Part shown: positions 11,917 through 24,400 of the stretch, one piece after another
Position numbering within the stretch: the first letter of the stretch is position 1
How the letters are laid out: each line of letters begins with the position of its first letter
DNA from: Balanoglossus misakiensis
Taxonomy: Eukaryota > Animalia > Hemichordata
Length of the DNA: 64,000 nucleotides
Assembly: GCA_040954595.2 (NCBI GenBank)
Contig: CM082597.2
Span: 3,210,265 to 3,274,264, forward strand
Direction: 5' to 3'
Translations under genes and position numbers: made by a program
Notes under the pieces: generated by a model
What the model was told of the DNA's origin: nothing
The model's database searches: none
Seen by the model: the letters and a program-made list of their open reading frames with translations, nothing else

Positions 11917-14100
11917 TTTGTGATTATAGACAGCTGTGATGATATTCGACATGTTCGAGTGTATAACGCAAAACATGATCAAGAACTGTAAGAGACATCA
12001 TGTCTATCATAAAAAAAAATTTACAGTCAAAAAAATGGTGTTGCTTGTATAGGGGAAATATTTACTGTCTTAGAAGTATCCGAAGAAGGTTTTTATTGAA
12101 TATATATTTTTGTGTTCGTGTTTTGTAATATTCATATATTGTGACACCATTTAACAGCACGTATAAGCATCAGGGAAGAATGAGGCCTTATACACGGATG
12201 TTGTTATTATTTGTAATAAATTGAAATTCATATCAATATGATAACATGCTTATTTGGTGTTCAACCTCCAACATCCACAGTGCATTACCGGGAGATCTCC
12301 ATGGTGCTTTTGTCGTCTGGTGATGGATAGGCGAACCATTTCCCAAGCATGTAGGTGATAAACAATCACAGCAATGCCAGCCCCCCCCCCCCCCCCCCCT
12401 CTCCGTGATAGGATAAAGATTCGGACTAAATGGACGGAGTCGAAAAACACCATGGGAACAAACGACCTCGTATTGTTGATAAATCGATTTGGTGATGTCT
12501 ATCGTTCCAAAAGGAAAGCTATATCTCCCTGGACAGGGATTTTTATGTGAATTTTCTGGAGCTCCGTCCAGACACCGTGAAATCGTGACTCGGTGTAATA
12601 TTAATCATTGAGATAGAACTCAATTTTGATATGCACGCGAGATAGCAAACGTCAGCTTCGGCATTTTTAAGCGAGATGTGGGACTCATTATTGTCACAAG
12701 TGAGCCAGCATGCCTTATTTAGTCAACTCGAACCTTCTCATATTTTACTCGGATATATGAACGAGTAGAATGCTTTTGTTGATAAACCAGAACTCAGCAT
12801 GTGTATAGTTTGCACGGCTACATGTAGATTGTTTTCAGTTCAGGCAAAAATTAGCGGCGATGAGCTGTAAATAATATCGCCTTTCGTAAAATAAATGTAT
12901 TTATTTGTCCCTAAAGACGATCTGTTTGTCGATAATTTGCAAACATTTAATGCGCCCGCATTCGTGTTACATGAAGGAGACTATAGTAGAATCGCTAAGG
13001 TCGACGCCCTTTCAACCTGCACACTCCTGGTTTGGAAAAATACGACTTTTTCCTGAATCTCAGGTCAAGACACCCTGTAGCTAGCTGTCAATTACCATAT
13101 GAGGCGGGGCGTGTATCACGTGGGTAGATGCAAAACTCCCGACATTCCCTGACGAGAGGCCAGACCAGGCTTGGGCGTCGATGCGTGAGCACTGCACGCC
13201 GAGGTTCTCCTGATCTCGACTGCTATCTTACCTCTTCCTCTCTTATCTTCTTCTTCAAACCTCTTCCACGCTTGTGGGAATACTTCTCTGTAACAGCTGT
13301 GAGGTTTACTTCTTGGTCTCTTTGGTTTATTTGGTTATTTCAGAGTTTTCTTGTACGGCACTGGTGACCGGTGCCGCGGTGGGCTGATGTCAACAATGAT
13401 CAATGCAGGTCGTAGCACATGTTCTGCCATGCGCAAAGCTTATAGCCAAGGGTTTATGGTTCGGCATCGAAGCTGTGCCGTCTAGCCTTGTTTGTGTCGA
13501 CGTTCCTACGTCTGTTTATTTGTCTTTTGGGCTTCGTTAACGTATATCTTGCGTCTTGAATTTGTAGTGTTGTGTTGGCAGCGGCGCGGTGGGAAAAAAT
13601 CGTGTTGCACGTACGCTCGCCTGGCTTCCTTTGTTCTAATACAGTGTTGCAACTGTTGAATAGGGGAGTTGATTTTTATCGATCGGTTGCATCATGCCGT
13701 GTGTAGGCAGGGCGGGAAGCAGGGAAAACGTCGTGGTCGAGGTCAGTGAAACTGCTTTCCCACTAGTAGTAGACAAAAACTTTAAGATTCAGCCGAATGA
13801 CAAACGGCTAAATTAAATAAAACTCAACGCTTGTGTAGAGACAGTCTAATGCCCATCAGGCCGACGGATTTATCGCCGCCTGATGGAAAGGGGAACAGTG
13901 AAGTGAGAAATTGAGGGGAGTCACCAAATTTTCAATAGCTCACCTTCATAACCCCTGTATTACATCATGGCGTTCATTTAGTATGACATTATAATATATC
14001 GTTCACGATTACATTAAACACTCACACTTTTGTAACAGACAATATAATTTCTTTTCATCTGTAGGCGCTTTGACCTTACAGTGTTCTTGTTGGCGGCTTC

Positions 14101-14280
14101 TGTGGTCTGGTTTTGGTCTGATGTGGTTTTGGTTTTGGTCTGGTTTTGGTTTGGTTTGGTCTGGTTTGGGTCTGGGTTTGGTTTGGTTTGGTCTGGTTTT
14201 GGTTTGGTTTGGTCTGGTTTGGTCTGGTTTTGGTTTGGTTTGGTTTTGGTCTGGGTTTGGTTTGGTTTTGGTCTGGTTTT
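14101..14280. repeat. Pentanucleotide microsatellite (TTTGG/TCTGG)n
   Basis: About 180 bp of mixed tttgg/tctgg/ttttgg units. Explains the spurious low-complexity ORFs at 14014-14392. Confidence 0.95.
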
Positions 14281-16270
14281 ATTATATGGTGTGCGTCCAA
14301 GTGTTAGTGTGTCTGTTTTGCCAGACAAGCGGACGTCAAAAAAATCTGAGTTGCGCGCTGATTTCTTATTTTGTATGACGAGTCTGCCCTAACTGTTGTC
14401 AGGCTGCAGGAGGGAATTTCCATCGAGGTTGGAAAAAAACTGCTTGACAGTCTAGGGATTTTCTATATTCACACTGGAATGAGTACTGAGCTGATGCAGC
14501 TACAGTAGCGAATTTCCTAATGGAGATGGCCCCTTTAGATATTCGAATCACACTATATAATTTTTCACGCATTTGTAAAATATATATGTATGTTCTTTCA
14601 AGGGAATATATTTAGTACGTTTATAACGTACGCTATTTTGGATGATGAAATATTCATACGCTATCTCCACTAGTAAAGGTGATGAGTGATAGCTGAACGT
14701 AAGAAAAGTAAATAAAATAACGTTTTGTTTTGTGATATCAGAACCCGTAAATTTCACGTGGCTTTAACAGTAATTGTACTTTGGGCTTGATTGGTGCCTT
14801 GGCAATCACGGCTGCATTATCGCGCAGTTGTTAAACGAGAAATGAATCTCTTTCATCGTCAGTACTTGAGTTCACATCATTAAGACGAATTATCCTCATG
14901 TCTAAATTGGCGAGGGAAAATTGCCTGTTCTTAGGGCAGCATCATACAAGTCATCCAGACACAAAGGGTCTTAGAGCTACATATATACATCCACTGCACT
15001 CTTACAGTTTCGCAGCTATCACGCACAGAGGAAAGAGTATTGTTATATAATGACTCATAACAACACAGATTCCCACTATAAAACGTTAAAAGTATGTCAC
15101 AATTGTACCTCAATCCTGCAACCCCAGTGGCTCGTCGATAGGTTATAAATTCACCATTTGTCTGTCATCATTGTACCCAGGGATCACATTGCAATCTCCA
15201 TTCAAAGCGATACTGGCTTAGGAGGAGATCGACATTCGAATACGTTGCCACGGTGACTCATGTTTGATGTGTGGGTGATATCAGTATGACTAGTATTTGG
15301 GATCTCAGAGCTGTACCCTACCCCAATATATGGTTGCAAAACCTCTCTTTATACTTATGTAGGCTTTATGTAGGCACACGTCTGAATCGTTTGAGTAAAC
15401 AAGGGCGCGCGTGTACTCGACGAGTTCACTTCTTCCTTCCACCACTGGTGGCACTGTTCAATACCGACGTGTTGGCTGCTTCTGTGTGTCAACATCAATC
15501 ACGGACTACGTCAAGCGACCATGTCAGAACAGTCACGTGTGATTGGGTGCTGGGATTCTACATAATCATGTAATCGTAGAGTGCGTTCAAGGAGGCTCCA
15601 CCCATACATACCCATTACCCATATTCAGAAGCAATGGATGTGTGACGTTTTGTTCTCTATGGATTTTTTTATCTAATCAATACATCTTCTGTTAGATTTG
15701 ATCATTAAACGAGGCTTTTAAAGGGGAGACAAATTGATTGGACATCAACTGTAACTTTTGGTTGTTTCTCTCATTTTCTTTAATTGTATCAACCACATGC
15801 ATAAACATTGCACCACGCTTAAACCATGAACAAAACAAGAAACTGCAGTAAAGAAACAAAGGTTTGGTTATATGTTTCTCTTTAATTGATGGATAACATG
15901 AAATACAAAAAATGCAAATCTATGAAAAATATATATAATTATGGATCTCTTGCTACAGCTTCAGTTTCAATTGGTTTAAAAAGAAAGTTAAAATGACGAA
16001 TAATACAACTGAAAAAGACAAATATGTTAAGTTTTGTATACAATAATTTGCGTAGAAATTTGAGTTCTTACATGCAAATTAGGTCATCATTTTCTAAAAA
16101 TTCTTTTGGCAGAAATTCAAATACCGTATACATTAGAAAAAAACGAGAAGCAACAAATGCAGATAATTGAAAACATAATATAATCCATATATCATCCTTT
16201 GCTTTGTTGTTGTAAAAGACTCAGAAGACAGACAAATGCCTGAATCGTGTGACCTGTGCTGTGCTGTCAT

Positions 16271-18457
16271 TTAGTCGACCAATACTTTGAAACAGTGCTT
16301 ATCAGTGTCCGCAACAATTACTTGAGGTGTGTCGTCATCAGTCAACGTAATACCGGTTGGCCAATATAACTTGACACTCTCGCTGTCGATACGTGATACG
16401 ACTTTACCCTGCATATTTAGTTTACTCACACCACCACAGCCGCTTGCACCCTCAGTAACGTACATGTATCCGTCGGCATGAATAGTGATACCTCGGGCGT
16501 ACACAATCTCTTCCGATTCCATGACAACTTTACCATGAACATCACATCCGTACACACGACGCGTCCAGTAGTCAGTGACGTACAATGTGCCGGTGTTGCT
16601 GATGGCCAAATATAAGGGCGTTTTGAAGTTCACCAGACCACTATCCTGCTCATCACCTATTGTCCTGATGTGATTTCCTTCTTGCGTATACACTTCCACA
16701 CATCCATTGTTAGTATTACACACATAGACATTATCATCGATTGGGTGGATTGCAATCCCGATGGGATTGTTCAATTCTGTTTCACCGAAGCGCCTAATAA
16801 GCCGACCGTCATCATCACTTACAACTACTAGATCATTGCTTGCATCTGTTGTGAAGTACGTATTGTTGGCTGAGATGGCTATGGCTTGGGGCGTGAACGA
16901 TTTCTCAAAACTGAAAAAGGCCAGAGTTTTCTTGAAGTTCCAGTCTTTGTCAAATACCTGTATGCGATTATTTCCTGCATCCGCGATGACGAAATTTCCG
17001 TGTTTGTCTTTCGTGATTCCACAGGGAAAGGAGAAATCTCCATATTTTCTTCCACGTTTACCGATAGTTCGAATCAGACCAGTTCGTGTAGAAAATTCAA
17101 ATGGTGATCCAGGTAGCGGTTGGTTGTCCAATTCAACGGTAACAAGATATGTTCCTGTGGTGTCTGTATTAATGACAGCACTATAAGTACCATCATGATT
17201 GTTCAGAAGTTCAAGCTTACTCACATCACCATTTGGTTTTTGTAGCAAGCCAGTCAGTTTCTGTCTTGGAATGACGTCACAGCCTCTGATGTCTCTAGTC
17301 CGTACAACAGTGAGAAAAGCTCCAGGCTTTGCTGTCTTTTCAATGACACATTTTTGTAAACATGCATCGGCTTTTATACATCCAAAGTCATCAACATTGT
17401 TGTCTGATTTTCCCTCGAACTCGAATTCATCATTTTGCTCTTCAAACTTATCTGGCGCGTCCAGAAGGTCACGGGCGCGGCGCGTCGTTTCTTGTCGCGT
17501 ACACAGCAAGTGCACAGCATTCCTGTGATGCACCACACTCTCTGAATAGGTACTCAAGTCCGAGACGCTATCGACATTGAAATCAAACTCTTGAATGAGA
17601 ATATCCATGTGCTTTATTCTTATGTCGTATTCTCTTTGTAAACCATCCATCAATCTTTGCTGATTGGTTCTTAACCTTCGAGTCAGTTCCTCTGCTTTCA
17701 TGTTGACCTTTTCCTGTTCTCGATGAAATTTCTGCTGAATTGTATCACGTGATTTCTTTATCTTGGTGAGGCTGCTTCTGATTTTTTCCTCTTTCACTTT
17801 CAGTTTCTCAATATCGTGTGATAGCTGTTCACGATATTCTGTGGCAACTTCGTCCAGGTACCGGTGGGAGTGCTCGGGGACTCTATGATCAACGATGGTA
17901 CACTCTATGCATACAGGTACCTTACAAGTATCGCAGAAAAATTTCACCTTGGTGTCCGAGTGGACCAAACAGTTTACAGAGTGTTCTGCCACAGGCTGAC
18001 TGGTGGATTTTGGTTCCTTGTCTTCGGCTACTGTCCTCACATTGTGTGAACTGATCGCTTTGAACTTTTTATGTGATTTGGCACAACTTTCACAGACATA
18101 CTGGGAGCAGTCTACGCAAACATGCGACACTTCGTTATCTCCACAAATTTCGCACATTTCGGGTTTTTCTCCAGACACAATCTTTCTTCTTTCAATCACC
18201 AAATCAACCAGAGAACTCATCGAGAAATTTTCTTTCAGTTCGCTCACCCCACCTTCAGGAAGTTGACAAGGCGTTTTGCAGGTTGGACAATTCAAGGCGC
18301 CGTGTTTCTCCACCCAGGTGCACAAACACTGCTCACAGAACGTGTGTTGACACGGCAGGACTTTTGGGTTCTTGTAACGCTCCATACAGATCGAACAGGC
18401 GACGTAATCGTCGTCCATTTTGTTGAGAAATTGGTCAAAGTCAGATGAGACTGCCAT
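16271..18457 (-). CDS. Intronless TRIM-NHL E3 ubiquitin ligase (RING, two B-boxes, coiled coil, filamin, NHL repeats; TRIM2/3/71-like), 728 aa
   Basis: Single ORF. ATG at 18457 (MAVSSDF) chosen by alignment to the paralog at 62675. RING CSIC..LPCQHTFCEQC..CPTC; B-box1 CEIC..CVDCSQYVCESC..H; B-box2 CLVH..FCDTCKVPVCIEC..H; filamin NHDGTY..PLPGSPF; NHL FSFPCGI..VADAGNNRIQVF. TATAAA on the minus strand at 18513-18518. Confidence 0.95.
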   Translation of the reverse strand: MAVSSDFDQFLNKMDDDYVACSICMERYKNPKVLPCQHTFCEQCLCTWVEKHGALNCPTCKTPCQLPEGGVSELKENFSMSSLVDLVIERRKIVSGEKPEMCEICGDNEVSHVCVDCSQYVCESCAKSHKKFKAISSHNVRTVAEDKEPKSTSQPVAEHSVNCLVHSDTKVKFFCDTCKVPVCIECTIVDHRVPEHSHRYLDEVATEYREQLSHDIEKLKVKEEKIRSSLTKIKKSRDTIQQKFHREQEKVNMKAEELTRRLRTNQQRLMDGLQREYDIRIKHMDILIQEFDFNVDSVSDLSTYSESVVHHRNAVHLLCTRQETTRRARDLLDAPDKFEEQNDEFEFEGKSDNNVDDFGCIKADACLQKCVIEKTAKPGAFLTVVRTRDIRGCDVIPRQKLTGLLQKPNGDVSKLELLNNHDGTYSAVINTDTTGTYLVTVELDNQPLPGSPFEFSTRTGLIRTIGKRGRKYGDFSFPCGITKDKHGNFVIADAGNNRIQVFDKDWNFKKTLAFFSFEKSFTPQAIAISANNTYFTTDASNDLVVVSDDDGRLIRRFGETELNNPIGIAIHPIDDNVYVCNTNNGCVEVYTQEGNHIRTIGDEQDSGLVNFKTPLYLAISNTGTLYVTDYWTRRVYGCDVHGKVVMESEEIVYARGITIHADGYMYVTEGASGCGGVSKLNMQGKVVSRIDSESVKLYWPTGITLTDDDTPQVIVADTDKHCFKVLVD

Positions 18458-18748
18458 AATTGTGACTTGATGGATAACTGAATTTGACTGAAAGGTATGC
18501 GCGCAACTGGCCTTTATATTAGTTGTTAGACAGTCACGCTCCCCTAGCGTAAGTGGAAATATCAGTGAGGCGACCACATACCAAGACAATTGTATCATTG
18601 GCACTAAGAATATAATTCCATGCGACACTTTTGCTTTTAATTATGTATTTCTTTAACATAGCTAATATCAAAAGTATCAGATGGAGAAATTTAAAATGAT
18701 TCTGTTCATCAATGAAGAGACATTAAAGGAGTTGTGATCTTTATCTTA

Positions 18749-19013
18749 GGCCAAAATAAAAAATATGTGCTGTTCCGATTATCCGACCTACCCTAATTTT
18801 TACCCGCCGACCCTAAACTTTTTAGAGCTTCATAAACCCGCAAGTAAAAATAAGGATATCAAATGTACAAATTTTATGAAAAAAGCGCGAATCACGCAAG
18901 AACTATAATGTCATTCTTCTACACTACGGCGGCCAGAGAAATAAAGAAAATTCCCTACCTACCCTATTTTTGAAAACCATGTAATCGGGACAGCACATAT
19001 AATTTTGGGGGCC
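18749..19013. mobile_element. PIF/Harbinger (Tourist-like) MITE, 265 bp
   Basis: TTA target-site duplication at 18746-18748 and 19014-19016. GGCC termini. Imperfect ~33-bp TIRs (ggcc..atatgtgctgttccgatta vs taatcgggacagcacatat..ggcc). Internal direct motif cctaccct(a)atttt present twice. No ORF. Confidence 0.85.
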
Positions 19014-19102
19014 TTAGGGGGCATAAATGTACTGAGATCGACCTTTATCTAGGTGGTATATAGGTTGCAGAAGTTTGCACGTAGACACAATCAGAACAAT
19101 GA

Positions 19103-21316
19103 CTTCCACATCGAACCATACTGAATATTATAAGTGGCAGGTTAAATTTTAACTTACCGTATACGACCGATCAAGCTTGAGTATCGATTTTTTCCAACAT
19201 CACTATTGTTGGTCTGTAACGTCATTGCACAATAAAATCTAAATTGTTTGTTCTCATTGTATGTGTCTCGGATTTATTAGCAGTATAAATGTCATAACCT
19301 ATATTTATGAGTATTCAATGACTATATTAATTAATTAATTGACTGACTGACTGACTGAAAGGTAAGTTGGTTGGTAGGTTTGTTTGTTGGTTCTTCAATC
19401 GATTTCTATTACATTGGTCGTCTGAGTTCCTGTTGAGCTCTTTCTTTTTGTTGGTCGATCAATTTGTTGACAATTTGACTGATTGGTTGTTTGATTTATT
19501 GATTTGTTGTTTGATTCTTCAATCGATTTCTATTACATGGGTCGTCTGAGTTCCTGTTGAGCTCTTTGTTTTTGTACTAAGCCAATAAATCAGGAATAAA
19601 TTCGACAACGCTGAAATTTATTGAAGTTTTTTATAGTCTGTCAAACAATACAACACAAAAATGTTTGAAACCCAATCCAAATTCGATTAACACATTTTTG
19701 ATGTTCAAAATGTTGGGTTTTCCAGGACACTGGCAGGCACTGAAATAAGTAAAGAGAAATGTAGAATTGTTATAAGACGGTGCCCTAATTCACATTCCAA
19801 ATATGATACCGTTGCAAAGGTGTGGAGAGAAATATTCATTTATCATAAAAAAGTTTGCTGAGAACAAAACTATACTATGTCATAAATACTGGTGGTGTAC
19901 CGTACTTGTAAATGCTAACACAAAACAACCCTTTACCCTTTCACCGCCATGGTTTGGTTGAAATCAATTGTTTTGTATGGTAAAGTTCGTGGAGAAAGTG
20001 TAAATGTACTACTAGGTCCGAATTCGATGTAGACTGTCACTGTGTGTCCTTCATCTTCTACATCGAACCATACTGAATATTATAAGTGGCAGGTTAAATT
20101 TTAACTTACCGTATACGACCGATCAAGCTTGAGTATCGATTTTTTCCAACATCACTATTGTTGGTCTGTAACGTCATTGCACAATAAAATCTAAATTGTT
20201 TGTTCTCATTGTATGTGTCTCGGATTTATTAGCAGTATAAATTTTAACTTACCGTATACGACCGATCTAGCTTGAGTATCGATTTTTTCCAACATCACTA
20301 TTGTTGGTCTTTAACGTCATTGCACAATAAAATCTAAATTGTTTGTTCTCATTGTATGTGTCTCGGATTTATTAGCAGTATAAATTTTAACTTACCGTAT
20401 ACGACCGATCTAGCTTGAGTATCGATTTTTTCCAACATCACTATTGTTGGTCTGTAACGTCATTGCACAATAAAATCTAAATTGTTTGTTCTCATTGTAT
20501 GTGTCTCGGATTTATTAGCAGTATAAATGTCATAACCTATATTTATGAGTATTCAATGACTATATTAATTAATTAATTAATTAATTAATTAATTGACTGA
20601 CTGACTGAAAGGTAAGTTGGTTGGTAGGTTTGTTTGTTGGTTCTTCAATCGATTTCTATTACATTGGTCGTCTGAGTTCCTGTTGAGCTCTTTCTTTTTG
20701 TTGGTCGATCAATTTGTTAATCCACGGATTGACAATTTGACTGATTGGTTGTTTGATTTATTGATTTGTTGTTTGATTCTTCAATCGATTTATATTACAT
20801 GGGTCGTCTGAGTTCCTGTTGAGCTCTTTGTTTTTGTACTAAGCCAATAAATCAGGAATAAATTCGACAACGCTGAAATTTATTGAAGTTTTTTATAGTC
20901 TGTCAAACAATACAACACAAAAATGTTTGAAACCCAATCCAAATTCGATTAACACATTTTTGATGTTCAAAATGTTGGGTTTTCCAGGACACTGGCAGGC
21001 ACTGAAATAAGTAAAGAGAAATGTAGAATTGTTATAAGACGGTGCCCTAATTCACATTCCAAATATGATACCGTTGCAAAGGTGTGGAGAGAAATATTCA
21101 TTTATCATAAAAAAGTTTGCTGAGAACAAAACTATACTATGTCATAAATACTGGTGGTGTACCGTACTTGTAAATGCTAACACAAAACAACCCTTTACCC
21201 TTTCACCGCCATGGTTTGGTTGAAATCAATTGTTTTGTATGGTAAAGTTCGTGGAGAAAGTGTAAATGTACTACTAGGTCCGAATTCGATGTAGACTGTC
21301 ACTGTGTGTCCTTCAT
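19103..21316. repeat. Near-identical tandem duplication (952 bp + 1262 bp), second copy with an internal 143-bp triplication
   Basis: Copy 1 19103-20054, copy 2 20055-21316. The 143-bp unit starts at 20096, 20239 and 20382. Copies otherwise differ by (TTAA)/(GACT) repeat number, a 12-bp indel and a few substitutions. Confidence 0.95.
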
Positions 21317-21448
21317 GTAAATGGCGACATCTTAACAGTAAAAAATTGTATTCTGAATGCATTTGCGTGTATATTAATTATATTTAGTTTGGAATGCATG
21401 TATATACGTATTTGGTCGAGCCATTCAAAAATTTCCAACATAGCAAAT

Positions 21449-24400
21449 TTAGTAGTCCGCAACCTTAAGATGCTCTCCTAGTTGTGCTTGTGGGGACAAC
21501 ATTCTTTATTTCGTATATTTCTCGAACTTGTTTAATAGTATGTATGATATAAAATTACCTGGGGTTTCACAGAGTGCTTGTCGTCCACCACTAAAATCAC
21601 AGTCGGTTGGGGCAAAGTCATAGTTATCAGGCCGTCTGTAAACAAAGTAATGCATTTGAATTTCGCAACAGTTCCTGCTGTTTGTCTTTTCATTCATGTG
21701 GTGCCTTAGCTTTTAGTGTGATCTGTTATCGAGTATTCCTGGTGCCGAGAATGGACATTGAATTTTATTTTCAACTGGTACTAATTACACCAATTTTTCG
21801 GGTTGATTTTCGACTCACCTGAGACATGCGCAGTCCTGGTTTTCATTTGGTGTCCAAAGCCAGGGCAAGTAAGTCTGAATGCCGTCACTGTTTGCCCACG
21901 TGTCGTTGCCAATCATTCTCAGGTCGAAGTACACTCGGTCGTCGGTCGGTACGTTGTAGGTCAAGTAGTCCCTCACTCGCTGGTGGATGATTTCATCCGG
22001 CACCACAGCCAGCCTGCTGCCGTTGTTGGCGGCGATGCAACCATCACCGGCAGTGTAGCCATCCTGTACTGGAACTGGATCTAGCCAGTAAAACGTGTCT
22101 GACGATTTGGGAACAGGAAAGTTACATTTCTCTATTAAACGTACAAACGGTGTGGTATGGGCAGGTTAAATCTTACTCTAACGTCTAGATTAGAAAGTAC
22201 GTACTTGTATACATTGAAACGGTGACATCATAGATTGTGGTCCTTACCTTGCTCGGTGCAAAATCGTCCCTTAAAACCATTGTGGCATTCACAGTGACAT
22301 GTGAGAGGATCGTGATTACCATTGACACACCAACTTGGATTATTGCAATCTAAGAAAAGACAAAGACGTTATACTAGCTGGTGATGTTTCTCGAAACCTT
22401 CATTCAGTATGTTTTCAGCAAATGAACCTTTGGCTAATTGTTGGTATCTCCAACGAAAACTCCTTGTTAAAGCTTCATATATGTTACAGGTTCAATATAG
22501 TATCCATTATGCATCGGCATGAGCTTGCATGGCCCATAATACAGGATCAAAACTCACCGAATTCACAAAGAGGATATCTCTCTCCCTGCCACGTACATAG
22601 ACACCTTTGCCACTGGTACTGCATATCCACCCTAAATGATGGAGAATAAATGTCATTCACAAGGATGTGGTTGAGGTAAACTAGTTGTTGTTACTGCTGC
22701 TGCTGCTGATGGTGCATGATGATGATGATTGTGAATTTGGAGGTGGTGGTGATGATGATAATTGTATTACTGATCGAAGTGTTGCTGTTGTCGCTGTTAG
22801 TTGTGGTGGTTGCTAGCAGAGAGCAGACGATAATCACCGTATCACTGCGCAGTCCTTTTCGTCATACCACAGCCAGTCAAAGTACGTCTGGGGCCCGTCT
22901 GCGTTAACCCACGTGGTGTTCTCCAACCTCAGGTCAAACCACAACGCGTCGTAGCCCGTTACACTGGTATTCAAGAAGTCTATCACATTCTGGTGGATGT
23001 CGTAGTTCTTCAGGACTGCCTGTCGGCCATTGATATCCCGGCATGCATCAGGGGCTGCGTAGCCTCTGCTCGCCTCTGGGATGACATGGTAGAAGACATC
23101 TTGCTCTAGAATGAACAGACATCACCAGTGTGTGAGCTCCTTGTGGCCAATGTAATGGGCAATTTTCAGACGCGCACACCCTCTATTCGCGTTTTGAGAA
23201 GTTTTCTCAATAAACAGTGAGGACATAGGCCTAGGTTGAGCTTGCCTTGAACAACACATGGTTCCCAACAATGTTACGTTATTTGTTGTGAAAATAGCTA
23301 AAAAATACCCCGTGCCCACTCTCTGAAACTTACCTTCACAGAATTCACCTGTCCATCCATAATAACACTGACAATAGCAACCGAAGCTATAAGGGGTCAC
23401 CACTCCTCCATAGTGGTTACACCATGACGTATCACCTTCACATTCTGCAAAAAATGGATACCAAACTGTTAGTATCCAATGCAAAAATATACCACTCATA
23501 AACATACACTGTGTCCTTGGAGATTGCATGATCATATTCTGAGTCAGAATGAATCGTTAGCCTTAATGCCTGCTAGCCCATGTGATACAACGATAGATAA
23601 TGAACAGCAACATTTCACAATAATACATTAACGACTGGTAACAAGTTACTTACCAAATTCACAAACATGATGTTCGATCCATGAGCAACCTCTGCCATAC
23701 CATGTCCAGTCATACTCTCTCCTAGTAAATGCAATACAATTTGTTCACTATACATTGACTTTCCAATTAATACTTTTTTCACTATCATTATTGGCTTTCT
23801 GTTTCTCCTGGAAGACAAGGAGGTCGGTATTTCCGCTTTTTAGTTTAGCGCGTACCATACCTACCTAACATCAACGCAGTCCTTGTCAAAGGGTTGCACT
23901 CCTCTCCAATTGCTGTACTCCCCAAGGAGCTCGCCCTCGCTCTCCATCCACGCCCCCTCCGCCAGGTGCAGACCAACGATGGCCCGGTCATACGACGAGG
24001 CATTCATAAACGCCGCCAGCGCCCCGTCGAACTCCAGGGAGCGAACCTGTGCCAGGCGCCCGCCATGAACGATGCAGTTGTCGCGTGCCTCCCAGTAGTC
24101 GGTTGTATTTTCAAATACCCAATAATGGCTACTTGTCCAGTTTGAGGGTTCTGCAATGCACATGCGTGAAACGTAAATGAATATAAACTTTTCAGCCATC
24201 TTTGTTGAGAGATTTCATCCCCATCAATACATATGTTACATCCTTTGCAGTATATGTGAGATCGTTATCATGACTAAAAATTAAAACTCCCAGGACTATT
24301 TGATTGGTTTCAGTTTAGTGTTATGCATCCATTAATACCTGAAAGCGAATTTTGAACTGGTTGAACGCAGTTTAGCTGAATACTCACGAAGGCAAAGTAT

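Noticed and set aside
13100-13760. CpG-rich stretch with GC box, E-box and a minus-strand splice donor near 13230
   Set aside because: No open coding chain, RNA gene fold or terminal repeats could be established.
14014-14392. Four ~75-104 aa ORFs (QTKPN- or WFGLV-rich)
   Set aside because: Translations of the pentanucleotide microsatellite. The units are too short and lack spacers for CRISPR, and do not match TTAGGG telomeric repeats.
6000-18457. Idea that TRPC-A/TRIM and TRPC-C/TRIM are one inverted segmental duplication
   Set aside because: Relative orientations differ (tail-to-tail versus head-to-head), TRPC-C is closer to TRPC-B than to TRPC-A, and no shared non-coding sequence was seen.
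18458-18628. 57-aa hydrophobic N-terminal extension of the 785-aa TRIM ORF
   Set aside because: Starts at GTG, spans the TATA box and has no counterpart in the paralog; ATG 18457 is preferred.
19367-20811. Duplicate hydrophobic ORFs MVGRFVCWFF.. at 19367 and 20617
   Set aside because: TTG starts in low-complexity T-rich sequence; they recur only because of the tandem duplication.
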